This document shows positions 1-10,402 of a DNA stretch of 64,000 nt, one piece after another. The notes under the pieces are model-generated. The model was not told where the DNA came from. It saw only the letters and a program-made list of their open reading frames with translations, and made no database searches. The position numbers were made by a program, and so were the translations under genes. Position 1 is the stretch's first letter, and every line of letters begins with the position of its first letter. The stretch spans positions 96,001 through 160,000 of IMG/VR virus record IMGVR_UViG_3300021255_002539. One strand, written 5' to 3'. Source of the stretch: a virus. Lineage: Duplodnaviria; Caudoviricetes.

Positions 1-366
1 GAAATCTCGCCAGACGAAGATAGTTCACTTGGTACCATCGTAGCGACCGAAATTGAGGAATTCATCGAATATCGCAAAAGGCACTGGTACACTTCTAAGG
101 ACAAGGAGAACGAAATTAGAGACGCAACCGTTGGTGTATATGTGGAATTCGAGTATTGGTGCGAGGAAGACGAGGAATATGAGGCTGGATACGAAGATGG
201 TGCAGCCCTGGTCATCATAAACAAGGAGGATGGTTCATTGTATTCCGTAAAGGCTTTTGGAGAATATCCCGATGTTTTTGATGGGGATGAAATAGAGGAT
301 GCAGCATACGAATATCTGGATGTCGAGCCAGGATACGAATTCACCTTTAGAGACTACGATAATTGA
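1..366 (+). CDS. Hypothetical acidic protein, 5'-truncated by the window edge
   Basis: Frame is open from base 1 (EISPDEDSSLG...) to TGA at 364-366. Confidence 0.6.
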   Translation, partial: EISPDEDSSLGTIVATEIEEFIEYRKRHWYTSKDKENEIRDATVGVYVEFEYWCEEDEEYEAGYEDGAALVIINKEDGSLYSVKAFGEYPDVFDGDEIEDAAYEYLDVEPGYEFTFRDYDN

Positions 367-397
367 CTTTAACCAACATCAAGGAGAGACAACAACA

Positions 398-778
398 ATG
401 AAAACCGAACTATACGCCAATTTCATAGAAAACGGCCAGGAGAAGGCCACCAAGTTCATCATATCCGACGAATGGGCAAGCGTCGAGGAGATTCTACGCA
501 CAGACGCGGTGTTCTCCAACCCGAAGTACATCAAGATTGAGGAGGTTCCAAAGCAATTGCCAAACCTCACCAGGTTCCTGAAGGACAGGTCATGCCTAAC
601 AGTGAGGGTGTTCGACTACGACAAGGTTGCTAAAACCGTTGGAAACGGTTTAGCATCCATGATTATCCTGATTCAGGGAACATCCAACCAGATAATCACG
701 ATGAAGAAGCTCTCTGGTGGATACAAGGACGAGGACTTCATGACGCAACTCAACCCAGTGCTGGCGAAGGTTGCATAA
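398..778 (+). CDS. Hypothetical protein
   Basis: AGGAG RBS then ATG at 398 (MKTELYANF...), ends TAA. Confidence 0.7.
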   Translation: MKTELYANFIENGQEKATKFIISDEWASVEEILRTDAVFSNPKYIKIEEVPKQLPNLTRFLKDRSCLTVRVFDYDKVAKTVGNGLASMIILIQGTSNQIITMKKLSGGYKDEDFMTQLNPVLAKVA

Positions 779-799
779 TCCAAAACGAGGAAACAGACA

Positions 800-1510
800 A
801 TGAAACCCACCAAACTGACACACGAAGAAGTGCTTGTGATTGACAAGATCATATATGAAGCCAAGATAACCGATTTCGAGCTTCGGAACACCCCAACAGG
901 AAGACAATATTTCTGGGACGGCGAGAACTCCGAGAGGTTGAACATAAAGGACGGGCTGCAGTTCATCTGCGACGCAGCCTGCTATGGATTCGACTTCGCC
1001 CTTGAATTCGGTCTCACCCAACAGGAGATCGACACATGGAACGCCATGATAGACAGATTTGGTCTTTCTGACGAATTCAAGGCAGAAGACTACAAGGAAC
1101 GCGAAATACTGCGCGCCAAGGAATCAACGAGGAAACAGACAATGAAAAAGCTGAACATCACGAAGGAACAGTTCTAGAAATCCAGGTACTTCAAGAACAA
1201 GTATGGAACACTTGAATATGTGTCAGAATCCGGCAAGGTGTTCAAGACCAACAAAGGCAAGATTCTCAAGTTCAAGGAATCCAATGAATATGGTGATGGT
1301 AAATATGGTGAACTTAACGAAAAATTCCATGAGTTCATTGAAGGCAATTATTTGGAGGAACAAAGCCTTGTCGAAGATTGGGAAAAAGATAATACTTGGC
1401 TCTACGATGTAGGAAAAAAGGTACTCGCCAACCAACCATTAGATGTTGCCGATGTGGCAGTTATTGTAGATCTCATTCTTGGCTAGATGAAAGAAAATAT
1501 GGTTTCTTGA
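800..1510 (+). CDS. Modular hypothetical protein (two in-frame TAG read as Gln); internal RBS+ATG at 1142 starts a MKKLNITKEQF module
   Basis: ORFs 800-1177 and 1220-1486 share a frame and are separated only by TAG; the module matches 4326-4640; first TGA at 1508-1510. Confidence 0.7.
1140..1282 (+). repeat. Copy 1 of a ~140-bp coding repeat (47-aa MKKLNITKEQF...KFKES module)
   Basis: 45/47 aa identical to 4326-4466; nucleotide differences mostly synonymous. Confidence 0.9.
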
Positions 1511-1533
1511 CTTTACCTATCCACATAGATCAG

Positions 1534-1572
1534 AATCGACCATCCTTTCGTTGGGGTGGCCGATTTTGTTTT
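1534..1572 (+). terminator. Probable intrinsic terminator
   Basis: AATCGACCATCC...GGGGTGGCCGATT stem followed by a T-rich tract. Confidence 0.6.
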
Positions 1573-1685
1573 GTAATATAATGCTGCAATTTCCAAGTGG
1601 ATAGGTAGATGCGCAACCAACCCCTAGATTCAAAGGAATTTTTCTTGCAATGGACTTGAACAATATTGTTTTTCCATGAGTTATT

Positions 1686-2747
1686 TCATACAGCATTGAG
1701 TTCCCGTATTGCGTCCTCTATGTCTATGTCCCCTATGTCAATAGATTGATACAACGATGCCGACAGCCACACTTGATCCAGAACACCCAACCTTTGCAGG
1801 AACTTGAATGTGGAATTTGCCGTAAGCCATTCCTTGTTGGTGCGCATGTCCTCGGCCTGTTCCTTGTCCTGTGGCTTCAGACCAGCCCTTCTCCTGACTT
1901 GAACCATCTCCTCTTTCAAGTCAGCTACAACCTTCATGCTGTCCAATATCTGATCATTGGTTTCCTCCAATCTCCTTCCAACAATCGACATCAATTGCTC
2001 GTTGGAATAGACATCCTTGTTGGATGCCTGCTCCAATATGGCATTGTGCTTGTAGAGGTTCTTGCTGAGGTCGAACAATGCCTCTTGCGCTTTCTTGCCG
2101 AACTCAAAAGCCTCCTCCCACGAGGACTCGTATTCGTCGTAGGGGTCGAACTCCATGTCCACCAACTGCGGTCCAGACAGCCACTCGTCGTTCATCAAGT
2201 CGTAGCAGCCACATGAACCCATGTCGGCGTAGATGTTGTTCTGGAAGTAGAACTCCAATGGGTGAGTCTTTGAGGGATCACCAACCATGATGTTATCCTC
2301 GGAATCCAGAATCCTGATGTCCTGCGTCTTCTTCCTCAAGTTGTTCAACTTCTCGGCGACATCCTCTGGCAAATCCACCTGGATGTGGATGTCAACGTCC
2401 CCATCGTCAGTGTATTGGTTGGAGCAAATTGAGCCAACGACATTAACGCCCTTCGCCTCCACATGATACTCGGCCAGAAACTTGTCCACCAACTCCAATG
2501 CCCGTTGCTTGATTTCGGGCTTAATCTTGAACTTCCCTTCCTCGACTTCGTCCCATATGTCAGGGCAAAGACCCTCAGAAACAGGATAGTCTATGCTGGA
2601 TTCCTTTTTGATGGTTTCTCCAACCAAACTGCCCCCGTGGATTGCTGGAGGCATTGGATCTCCACATCCACCAGACATTCCACCTGTCGCCATCACCAGG
2701 GGATTCACCGTGCCTACTATAGACTGTCCTTTCTTCTTGTTTTCCAT
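1686..2747 (-). CDS. Pol-beta superfamily nucleotidyltransferase-domain protein
   Basis: hGS-x7-DxD signature (VVGSICSNQYTDDGDVDIHI), then ExYxQ and YDL..DEW motifs; likely start MENKKK at 2747. Confidence 0.65.
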   Translation of the reverse strand: MENKKKGQSIVGTVNPLVMATGGMSGGCGDPMPPAIHGGSLVGETIKKESSIDYPVSEGLCPDIWDEVEEGKFKIKPEIKQRALELVDKFLAEYHVEAKGVNVVGSICSNQYTDDGDVDIHIQVDLPEDVAEKLNNLRKKTQDIRILDSEDNIMVGDPSKTHPLEFYFQNNIYADMGSCGCYDLMNDEWLSGPQLVDMEFDPYDEYESSWEEAFEFGKKAQEALFDLSKNLYKHNAILEQASNKDVYSNEQLMSIVGRRLEETNDQILDSMKVVADLKEEMVQVRRRAGLKPQDKEQAEDMRTNKEWLTANSTFKFLQRLGVLDQVWLSASLYQSIDIGDIDIEDAIRELNAV

Positions 2748-2749
2748 GT

Positions 2750-4231
2750 TCAGAACTCCATCTTGGTGATGCACTCCACCTGCCCACCCTTGCTGTCTGT
2801 GAGGGCTATTCCAATTGTCCTCTTGAAGAAGAAGTCGTACCAATGTCGCCTTCTCGCATAGCCCCTGTATCTTGACGATGGAACAAGCTTGTCGAACTTC
2901 TTGACATCACCAACGACATTTACTGGAACTGTTCCTGCCAACGCGATTCCAACCATTGTCTCACCTGACTTCCCTTCGCCATTCAACACCAGACCTGGCC
3001 TAGTCGTGACTATCGCATTGCAGGTGTGACCATCAGAGAGGGTCACTTCCTTCTCGCCGCCGAACATAACCAATGTACCAGGCTCGTATTGCTTGTCGGA
3101 CTTCCTGTATTCTGCCAAGTCTGCCCAGCGGGACCTCAACACAGTACCCACAATTTCCTTGTCGAATGTGGCTTGACCCAAGAACCTGGCGTTGTGGAAG
3201 AACCTACACTCGCCTATGAAGGAATTGTGGGTATAGAACCACGACCGTTCGCCATAGTGGAACTCGTTTCCATATACCTTCAAGACGCCATCCTTGTCGG
3301 GGTGGGCGGCCCTGACATTCTTCTGCGTAGCGCAATGTCCACTGCTCTAATCCAAGTCCTCGTAGTCCTTGTAGTCTATGCCCTGAGTGGACAACTCACC
3401 CTAGTTCAAGAACCTCTCCCTACTGCCAGAGTCCTTCTTCTTGTACACTTTGCCATCGTATTCGGGTATTTCGGAAATGTCAGTGAACTTGGTGTATCTG
3501 CCACCCACGAGTTTGAAGTAGTCGACGCCAGACCGCGGGTTCTGCTTCTCATCCTCCCCAATCTCCTGATATTCGTCCGTAACCAGAGGTTTGATGTCGA
3601 CTTCTCCATATGTTGGCACGTGATCCAGTTTCCAGTTAATCAACGCCTTGATAGCGTTGAACAACCACGCCAAGCTCATCTTTCTGGAGACATAGCCATT
3701 GTGGGAGCCATAGGCAGTAGCACCATCACCCAACCATTCAGACACCTCCAGGTACGAGCGCATGATGTTGTGGCGAAGGGTGTCTGTGTTCAGATTCGTT
3801 GGATCTTCCACTGGAATGTCCTTGGCGTGTTCATCATCGGAAGCATCGTATCCCTCTGGCATTTCGTCGTGTGGCAGAATGGACTTCTGATAGCCCTTGA
3901 ACTTCCTGTAGTCGAATGTGCGTTTCTTTGTGCGCTTAAGGTTCTCCACCGCCTCGCCCCACATGTCCATTTGCCACTTTGGATCAGACTCGTCCTGTGT
4001 ATAGTCCCCAATTGGACACCAATCCTGGTAGAAGTACGCATCATCTACCTTGTCCAATCCATACGACCATATCAGTTGCTTCTGGTAGATTTCGTCCAGG
4101 TTCTCCAGACGTTGCTGGGTCACCTGCTCCTGCGTTGAGCCAGATGGAACTGGATCGTCGTGGTGGTTGATGAACCTGCGAATCTATTCCTCTGGTCCCC
4201 AAAAAGGTATCTCTGAAATTCTGTTAATCAT
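2750..4231 (-). CDS. Tail fibre/spike-like protein with a C-terminal intramolecular-chaperone (peptidase G2-like, ADLAE) domain; 3 in-frame TAG
   Basis: ORFs 3401-4123 and 2750-3283 join through TAG codons; WADLAEY..YEPGTLVMFGGEKEV...ALAGTVPV...IGIAL motif. Confidence 0.7.
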
Positions 4232-4259
4232 GGCTACATTGCTCGTTGTTGTGCTATTC

Positions 4260-4291
4260 TATTTACCATTTGTCAATAATTATTGTAAATA
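4260..4291. promoter_or_regulatory. Divergent pair of GTAAATA late-promoter-like motifs
   Basis: TATTTAC at 4260-4266 and GTAAATA at 4285-4291, between divergent genes. Confidence 0.55.
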
Positions 4292-4325
4292 ACCATGTAC
4301 GACCTAATATGGGGGAAAACAAACA

Positions 4326-4640
4326 ATGAAGAAACTTAACATAACGAAGGAACAGTTCGAGAAGTCCAGGTACTTCAAGAACAAGTATGGAACACTTGAG
4401 TATGTAAGCGAAAGCGGCAAGGTGTTCAAGACGAACAAGGGCAAGTTGCTCAAGTTCAAGGAATCTATTGATTCTGAAGGCGATGATGTCATAGAAACCA
4501 TAGAAGAAGAACTCAATTCAATGGTCGATAAACTCAACGAACTCAAACATCTGGCGATTGAAAAACTCGAAGACAAAAAGCTGGCAAAAGACTTGGAAAA
4601 CCTTGAAAACCAGGTCGCTGAAGTGTACTACGATGTATAA
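4326..4640 (+). CDS. Hypothetical protein carrying copy 2 of the MKKLNITKEQF module
   Basis: N-terminal 47 aa nearly identical to 1142-1282; different C-terminus. Confidence 0.8.
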   Translation: MKKLNITKEQFEKSRYFKNKYGTLEYVSESGKVFKTNKGKLLKFKESIDSEGDDVIETIEEELNSMVDKLNELKHLAIEKLEDKKLAKDLENLENQVAEVYYDV

Positions 4641-4673
4641 AGCAAAAAGTTATTCAACATATTGAAATCAAAA

Positions 4674-4706
4674 CAAGAAGATGTACCTCTCGAGGTGCAT
4701 CTTTTG
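4674..4706. terminator. Hairpin between convergent genes (possible bidirectional terminator)
   Basis: AAGATGTACCTC-TC-GAGGTGCATCTT inverted repeat. Confidence 0.6.
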
Positions 4707-4710
4707 TCTA

Positions 4711-6696
4711 TCAGAACTCCGTCAGCACATTGTATTCTGCCTCTCCATCGTCCCATTCATCCCCATTTGCGAAGTCGAAGGTCTCGTTGATGGCGAAGAA
4801 CTCCCGCTTGCTTCCATGACCCCATTGTCTGTTTCCATAGAACAACTCGTCGTCTGGGATGTCCCTTTCTGTTGCAGCCAATTTCACGACCTTGTGTTCC
4901 TCCAGGTTGCCAAGTTGCGAGACAATGCCCTTGTTCGCCTCCAAGTTCACGGTCTACTCCAACAAGCTCTGGTCAAATGGGGATGTGTACACTACCTTCT
5001 CAGGAAGAACCCTGTCCATCTTCGTCTTGAATGCCTTTACCACCGAGTAGTGTTGGGTTATGACATCAGCAAACAGCAGGTACATTCCCCATATCCATGT
5101 CAGCATATAGTCGTCGTGGCACTTGTCCTTCGCAGCAAAAGTGATTGAGTTCGAGGTGTTCTTCCTGACGAATGTTCCCATCTCGTTCACCAGAAGTTCG
5201 TCGGGTATCGAGATTTCTATTTCGTCGGTCGTTATCAGCTCGTTGAGGAACATGCATGCCTCCAACTTCGTCTTGTTCTTGGACTTCACGCCATAGGTTA
5301 TCTCGCCATACTTGCCAGTTGGGGAAATAGCCTGCTCGTAGAACATTCTGTCCCTGGGGTAGTTGTAGGTATCCAACATGATGTCCACGAAACCAGAGCC
5401 AACGCCATTGTTCTCAACTATGAATGGAGGGAACGCATAGAGCTTCAGGAACTCGTATGTGGCATATCCGAAATCCACCAATGTCGCCTTTGAGCAAGAC
5501 ATACGCGCCACCAACTGGATGTGCTTGACATCTGTGACATCCCAGACATTTGCCACAGACGAGTCGTTGCCAGTTCCCTCAGAGATGTCCCCAGAAGCAG
5601 CATATGTCCTGGTTGGGTCAAACGGCTTCCAGAAGTTCGCGGTTATTTCCTTGTCTGGGTTCTTGGAGAGGTTCAACTGGGCTGGCTTGGGGTAGTTCTT
5701 CAAGTTCATTCGGAAATGCTCTATGTCCTCAGATGGGACAAGCGAGGCGTCGCCAGCAGACTTGAACTCGCACTCAAACTCCTGCAACCACCTATTCATT
5801 CCAATCGTGGCAATCTGCTGCCGCTTCCATTCCTCGTCACGACCAGGAACATCATACCACAAGAATCGGAAAGCCTTCCAGTTCTCAGCCTGCACGATGT
5901 TGGGGTCAGTAGCCTGCTGCCAAGTGTCGTAGAACAGGTTGTTGGAGGTTCCGTTTGGCGTGGATACCATGATTGCCTTTGAGTCCTTTGAGGACGAAAG
6001 CACAGGGAACACGGAAGCCATGAACTCGTCTGCTATTCCTTTAGGAATGAAGGCCGCCTCATCCATCACGAGAACATTGGCTGAGAAACCACGACAGCCG
6101 CTTGAACCAGTTGCAAAGCACCTGATTATCGAATTGTTCTCGAATTCTATGCACTTCTTGTTGTATGTAGTGACACCTATCTTGATTTCGGATGGGCAGT
6201 ATTCATAGCCCAATCTGATTCTGTCCATGATTTCAATGGCTATGTCCAGCTTGTTGCCACATACCATTATTCGCTTGTCTGGATGGTACATGGCATACCA
6301 AAGGAGAAATACTGTGTATATCGTAGTATTATGAGACAGTATGCCATTCGTCAGGTAGAGGTGGTTACTATCGTCTGACAACTAAACATCATACATATGC
6401 TTTGACTTTCCTATGTTGTCCACCTAAACAACTTTCACAAGTCCATCCTTGCATCTAATGTCCAATCCATCAGAATCCTTTGCAAAAACCTGATTGCCCA
6501 TCTTGTCTATGAATATGTGATTGTCTGCACATTCCAATGTAGTGCCATCCGAGAATCTAACCAGGTATGTCTCGTACTTTACGGTCTTTCCGACATACTA
6601 TATGTCGTTCCACACCACATCCCCTTCTTCGTCAAGAGATGCAATCTACCAGTTCTTCAACGAGAATAATCCTATGAACTTCTTAATCGGATTCAT
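4711..6696 (-). CDS. terL: Terminase large subunit C-terminal part, fused behind split-intein C-fragment (T4 gp17-like)
   Basis: With TAG=Gln one ORF runs from ATG 6696 to TGA 4711. It contains Walker B VLVMDEAAF, STPNG, QEFECEF, nuclease DISEGTGNDSS and HDDY. Confidence 0.92.
6328..6696 (-). mobile_element. Split intein C-fragment (123 aa, atypical TerL-type split)
   Basis: MNPIKKFIG...LECADNHIF (block B)...MYDVQL (block F)...LYLTNGILSHN followed by Thr+1; 4 in-frame TAG. Confidence 0.9.
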
Positions 6697-7858
6697 CTTC
6701 ACACCTCGCAATGAAATCCAAGCACTTGGCTATTGCCTACTGTCTATTGCTCTTGTATTCCTCATCTGTCACGACGAGAATCTTGTAGCCCTTTGATGCA
6801 ATTTCCCTTCTTCGCATCTCATCATACTCCTTGTTTACCTCGCCATGCCAGTGCAATCCATCATATTCAACTACACACATCGTTTCAGGTATGCAATAGT
6901 CCAAGTAGAAGCATCTGCCGTTGTCGCGCTCAAAAACCAATTCGTTGTTCTGCTTGTCTCCGTTTAATGCAAACCACGCCTTGTGTTCCTTGTTCGTTCT
7001 CTTGGCTTCAATCTCCCAGAACATCGCCTATGACTCGTAGCTGAATCCATTTACTGGTGGAATGTGCGGACACTTTGATTTGTTGATGTCAAACATCTCT
7101 TGTTCTGACCTATTGTATAGAGAGCGAATCCATCTTCTCTGCCTATCTTCGTAAATTCGCTTACCTTCCTCCTCGCCATACTTCTCAATGCACTTCTCCA
7201 ATGTGAATGTGCGTTGCCGCTCACTCAACTTCTTCTTCGCCTCCTCTTCTGAATACCCTTTGTTGAGCCAATATTCCAAAGATGTCGTATGCACTATGCT
7301 CGCGTTGTTTTTCTTGGCGCGATTGAATGCAGCATCCTCTTTCTGCTCGTCGGTCATGTTTTCATAGCCAACGAAGTTCTTCGAGAATGGCGAGAACTTT
7401 CCACCGTGGTTATAATATGGATTCTTCACTTCCATCAATTCATGATATGCCTTCTTCTGGAATTCCTCGCTATCCGGAAAACACAATCTACACAACTCCT
7501 TGGAATTTACTGTCTTTGGATGTTCCAACTACCAAGGAAGCACACTGTCAAAAAACACATCGAAATCAGTATCGTTGAACTATCTACAGTGTGAAACTAT
7601 TCTATGGAATACATTGAACTGACTATTCCAGATGTTCTACTTGTGCAATTTCCCTATCTTGGCATATACTCGCTTTAGGTACTTCTCAACAATTTCAATC
7701 GCAATTCCTGAGAACTTGGTGGAAGAACCGACTCGTTCACTCAACACCATCCACTCAACATCCGTAAGCCCATGCTCTTTCAATAGATGCTTGCGTATGG
7801 AATTGGACTTGAACTCCTTGCCACAATATGGACATTCTATCTCGATATTCTTAAACAT
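6683..7858 (-). CDS. Free-standing homing endonuclease, Vsr/DUF559-like C-terminal nuclease with an N-terminal Zn-finger (391 aa, 5 in-frame TAG)
   Basis: Three track ORFs in one frame joined only by TAG; CPYCGKEF..HLLKEH; FYLDYC...VVEYDGLHWH...YDEMRRREI...GYKILVV. Confidence 0.85.
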
Positions 7859-7893
7859 TGGTAATTCCCCACTTGTCGTGTTGTCATTACTAT

Positions 7894-8391
7894 TTACACC
7901 TTTCTCCCAAAAAACTTCGCCAACCAATACAACACGCCAATCGGAATTGGAATCTTCAGCCACTTAAACCACCTATGACGAACCCACACTATCGTTCCGA
8001 AGGACACACACTTTCCCACCTAACGTGACGCACAGACAATTGCTCTATTGTTGTCCTGGATGAACTTCAACAACTCGGCCTGCTTTGGATATGGATTGAG
8101 CGTCACCAAGCCATCCTTCAACGACACAATCTTGAAGTACTTGCGGCAGAAATATAGAATGTCCTGCTTGCATTTCCTGATTTCCCTGGCTCGACGCTTG
8201 AATTCCTCTGGAGTCAGAATCTCCTTCTCGCCGGCCTTCTTGATTGAAGCAAGCTCCCCAGTTGGATTGCCCGACTTCTTCTGTTGCTGAACCAACTATG
8301 CAGACGCCAATTGAGGGCCTTGTGGCTTTTCCTACCCAAGATCCAGATTCTCGAACTTGTCGATTGTCGGCTTCTCTATTCCTAATCCCAT
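7894..8391 (-). CDS. terL: Terminase large subunit N-terminal part plus split-intein N-fragment
   Basis: KCKQDILYFCRKYFKI, PYPKQ, ASR(TAG)VGK = Walker A start, then Cys1 of the intein; ends TAA at 7894-7896. Confidence 0.9.
7897..8010 (-). mobile_element. Split intein N-fragment (38 aa)
   Basis: CVSFGTIVWVRHRWFKWLKIPIPIGVLYWLAKFFGRKV: block A C-x-x-x-x-T-x-V and an I-x-I-G-x-L motif. Confidence 0.85.
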
Positions 8392-8394
8392 ATA

Positions 8395-9114
8395 TCACGC
8401 TTTGAGTCCCCTCGTTGGACTTGGAAGAACCAATGAATTGCCTTTAGTGGAATGCCTCACAAGATATGTGAATATGTCATGTGGATCGTTTAGTGTGGAA
8501 GGGACAATGAAATTGCAATCGTATTTCTGATATTCATCTGGAATGCCGTTTGCGAGGAAGTCCCTCATCAAATTATGTTCCAATTCAGACATCAAGTGCG
8601 TGTCCATGCCACGGTGATACCAGAATGCGAACTCGTCGAGGATGAGGGTGTTGTTTCTGTCGTGCCAATCCACGCAAGTCAAGGCGTGTGGCGAGACGAA
8701 GTGTATTCTTTCTGAATCGAGGTCGAATCCACCCGTGTTGGAGACGTTTGCGAACAATTCCCCTACCCTTTTCGCCATTGCCATGTTTGGTTCTACAATC
8801 CAGACTTTGTGATCCGGGAAAAACAGATTCTTCCAATACACGAACACGTTGTTCGCAGTAGAGATTCCAACCTGGCGTCCCTTCGCGCAGAAGAAATAGT
8901 CCCTTGCCGTGGACACTCTCTTGAGATATTCCCTTTGCTCAGGCGAGAGCTGAATGGCGTTTCCCAAATGGTCTCTGACCACGAGGTACTTGTCCACGAA
9001 ATAGAGAATGTCGTCCTTGCATCTCTCGAATCCCGTCCGAGAGTCGATTGCAAACGTTGGCGTTACGGCAAGCGCAACCAACGAGCCAATAAACTGTTTT
9101 CTGTTCATGTCCAT
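8395..9114 (-). CDS. Truncated terminase-ATPase paralogue with a Tat-like N-terminal leader
   Basis: RCKDDILYFVDKY, KGRQVGIST (Walker A Lys replaced by Ile), LILDEFAF, PSTLN; N-terminus MNRKQFIGSLVALAVTPTFA. Confidence 0.7.
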   Translation of the reverse strand: MDMNRKQFIGSLVALAVTPTFAIDSRTGFERCKDDILYFVDKYLVVRDHLGNAIQLSPEQREYLKRVSTARDYFFCAKGRQVGISTANNVFVYWKNLFFPDHKVWIVEPNMAMAKRVGELFANVSNTGGFDLDSERIHFVSPHALTCVDWHDRNNTLILDEFAFWYHRGMDTHLMSELEHNLMRDFLANGIPDEYQKYDCNFIVPSTLNDPHDIFTYLVRHSTKGNSLVLPSPTRGLKA

Positions 9115-9162
9115 ACTTCAATTATACAATTTCCAAATTAAGGTATTTACACAGAAGCAAGC

Positions 9163-9199
9163 AAAAGGTTGGTTCGAGGATTTCGACCCCGAACCAACC
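9163..9199 (-). terminator. Intrinsic terminator after the MoxR gene
   Basis: GGTTGGTTCG...CGAACCAACC stem followed by TTTT on the minus strand. Confidence 0.7.
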
Positions 9200-9259
9200 A
9201 GTGTTGTTGTGAGGTGGGTTCCCCCGAAAGGAGTAGAGGGAACCCGGAGATTGGAACCA

Positions 9260-10384
9260 TCAAACCTCGTAGTCTTCGTTGAGGTTCTTGCCGAACTTCG
9301 CCCTCCACTCCTTGTACTTGGGGTGGCGCATGAGGTTCATCACTGCGGTGCCCTTGGGGATGCGCTCGGTTCCCTCACGGGCCTGAGTCATCGCGGTGGT
9401 GGCGAAGGCGGGCGGAAGTCCCATCGAGATGCGGAGGAAGCCATCAACGAGCTTCTTGGTCTCGGCCTCGTCCTTGCCCCGCCAGATGTGGTAGACCATC
9501 GCAGAGGTGAGTGCGAACTTGAGGTCGTCGCGGCTCGGGATGACAACCTTCTTGCTGGGGTTAATCATCATCTCGTAGACATTCTCCAGGTTGTTGGCAA
9601 TCTTGAAGAACTCCATGAACTGCTGACCAGTAGGGACGCCAACCAGACCATAGACTGCCTTGCGAAGCAGGGTCTCGTTCTTGAGAATCTTGCACATCTC
9701 GGAGACGCGCTCCCAAGAACGCGGGGTCGGGAAGCCACGCTCCAGGTTCTGGTCGTCCACGCTGAGAAGGAGCTGGGGCTTGAACTGGATGAAGCCAACG
9801 ACCGCCGGATGGACGCCATGCATGACCGCCCAAGTGATCCAATCCTGGGCATCCGCCTCAATCTCCAGGTGCATCATGCGGTTCGCAAGTGCGCTGGACA
9901 TCGTGGTGGAGACGGCGCGGTCGCAAGAACGGTTGCCTGCAGCCACGATAATCCACTTGGACGGAACCTTGTAGATGTCGCCACCACCAAGCTGGCGGTC
10001 GAGAATGAGCTCGTAGGAAGCCACCTGGACATCCTTCGGCGCGGCGCTCAACTCGTCGAGGAAGATGATGCCACCCTTGGAGTTGTCGGTGGGGAAGATG
10101 GAAGAGGGTAACCATTGCACACAATGGTTATCCTTGTCGGGAAGGGGGAGACCACGGATGTCGATGCTCTCCATCTGAGCGAGACGGACATCCACGAAGC
10201 CAAGACCCATTTCCTTGGCGAGGGACTTGACGATGGTGGACTTGCCAACACCAGGCGCACCCCACACCATCACCGGGGGAAGCGAGGACGAGAGGGACTC
10301 GTCCGCCTGAACACCCTCAAGCGAAGAACGAAGAATGTCCTTCAGCTCGTTCGCGTGAACCACATTGTGCGTATCTATTGCCAT
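9260..10384 (-). CDS. MoxR/AAA_5 family ATPase
   Basis: Walker A GAPGVGKS, DIRGLP, Walker B IIFLDEL, AAGN, ALANRM, TPRSW. Confidence 0.85.
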   Translation of the reverse strand: MAIDTHNVVHANELKDILRSSLEGVQADESLSSSLPPVMVWGAPGVGKSTIVKSLAKEMGLGFVDVRLAQMESIDIRGLPLPDKDNHCVQWLPSSIFPTDNSKGGIIFLDELSAAPKDVQVASYELILDRQLGGGDIYKVPSKWIIVAAGNRSCDRAVSTTMSSALANRMMHLEIEADAQDWITWAVMHGVHPAVVGFIQFKPQLLLSVDDQNLERGFPTPRSWERVSEMCKILKNETLLRKAVYGLVGVPTGQQFMEFFKIANNLENVYEMMINPSKKVVIPSRDDLKFALTSAMVYHIWRGKDEAETKKLVDGFLRISMGLPPAFATTAMTQAREGTERIPKGTAVMNLMRHPKYKEWRAKFGKNLNEDYEV

Positions 10385-10402
10385 TTGCTTTTACTCCTTA
10401 GT

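Noticed and set aside
1175-1177. TAG aligns with GAG (Glu) in the paralogous module, suggesting TAG=Glu
   Set aside because: Three conserved-Gln positions (TerL, LpxR, GT11) support Gln, and a Q/E substitution by one base explains this case.
6683-7896. Group I intron interrupting terL
   Set aside because: There is almost no non-coding space for a ribozyme core, and the intein blocks on both sides explain the interruption.
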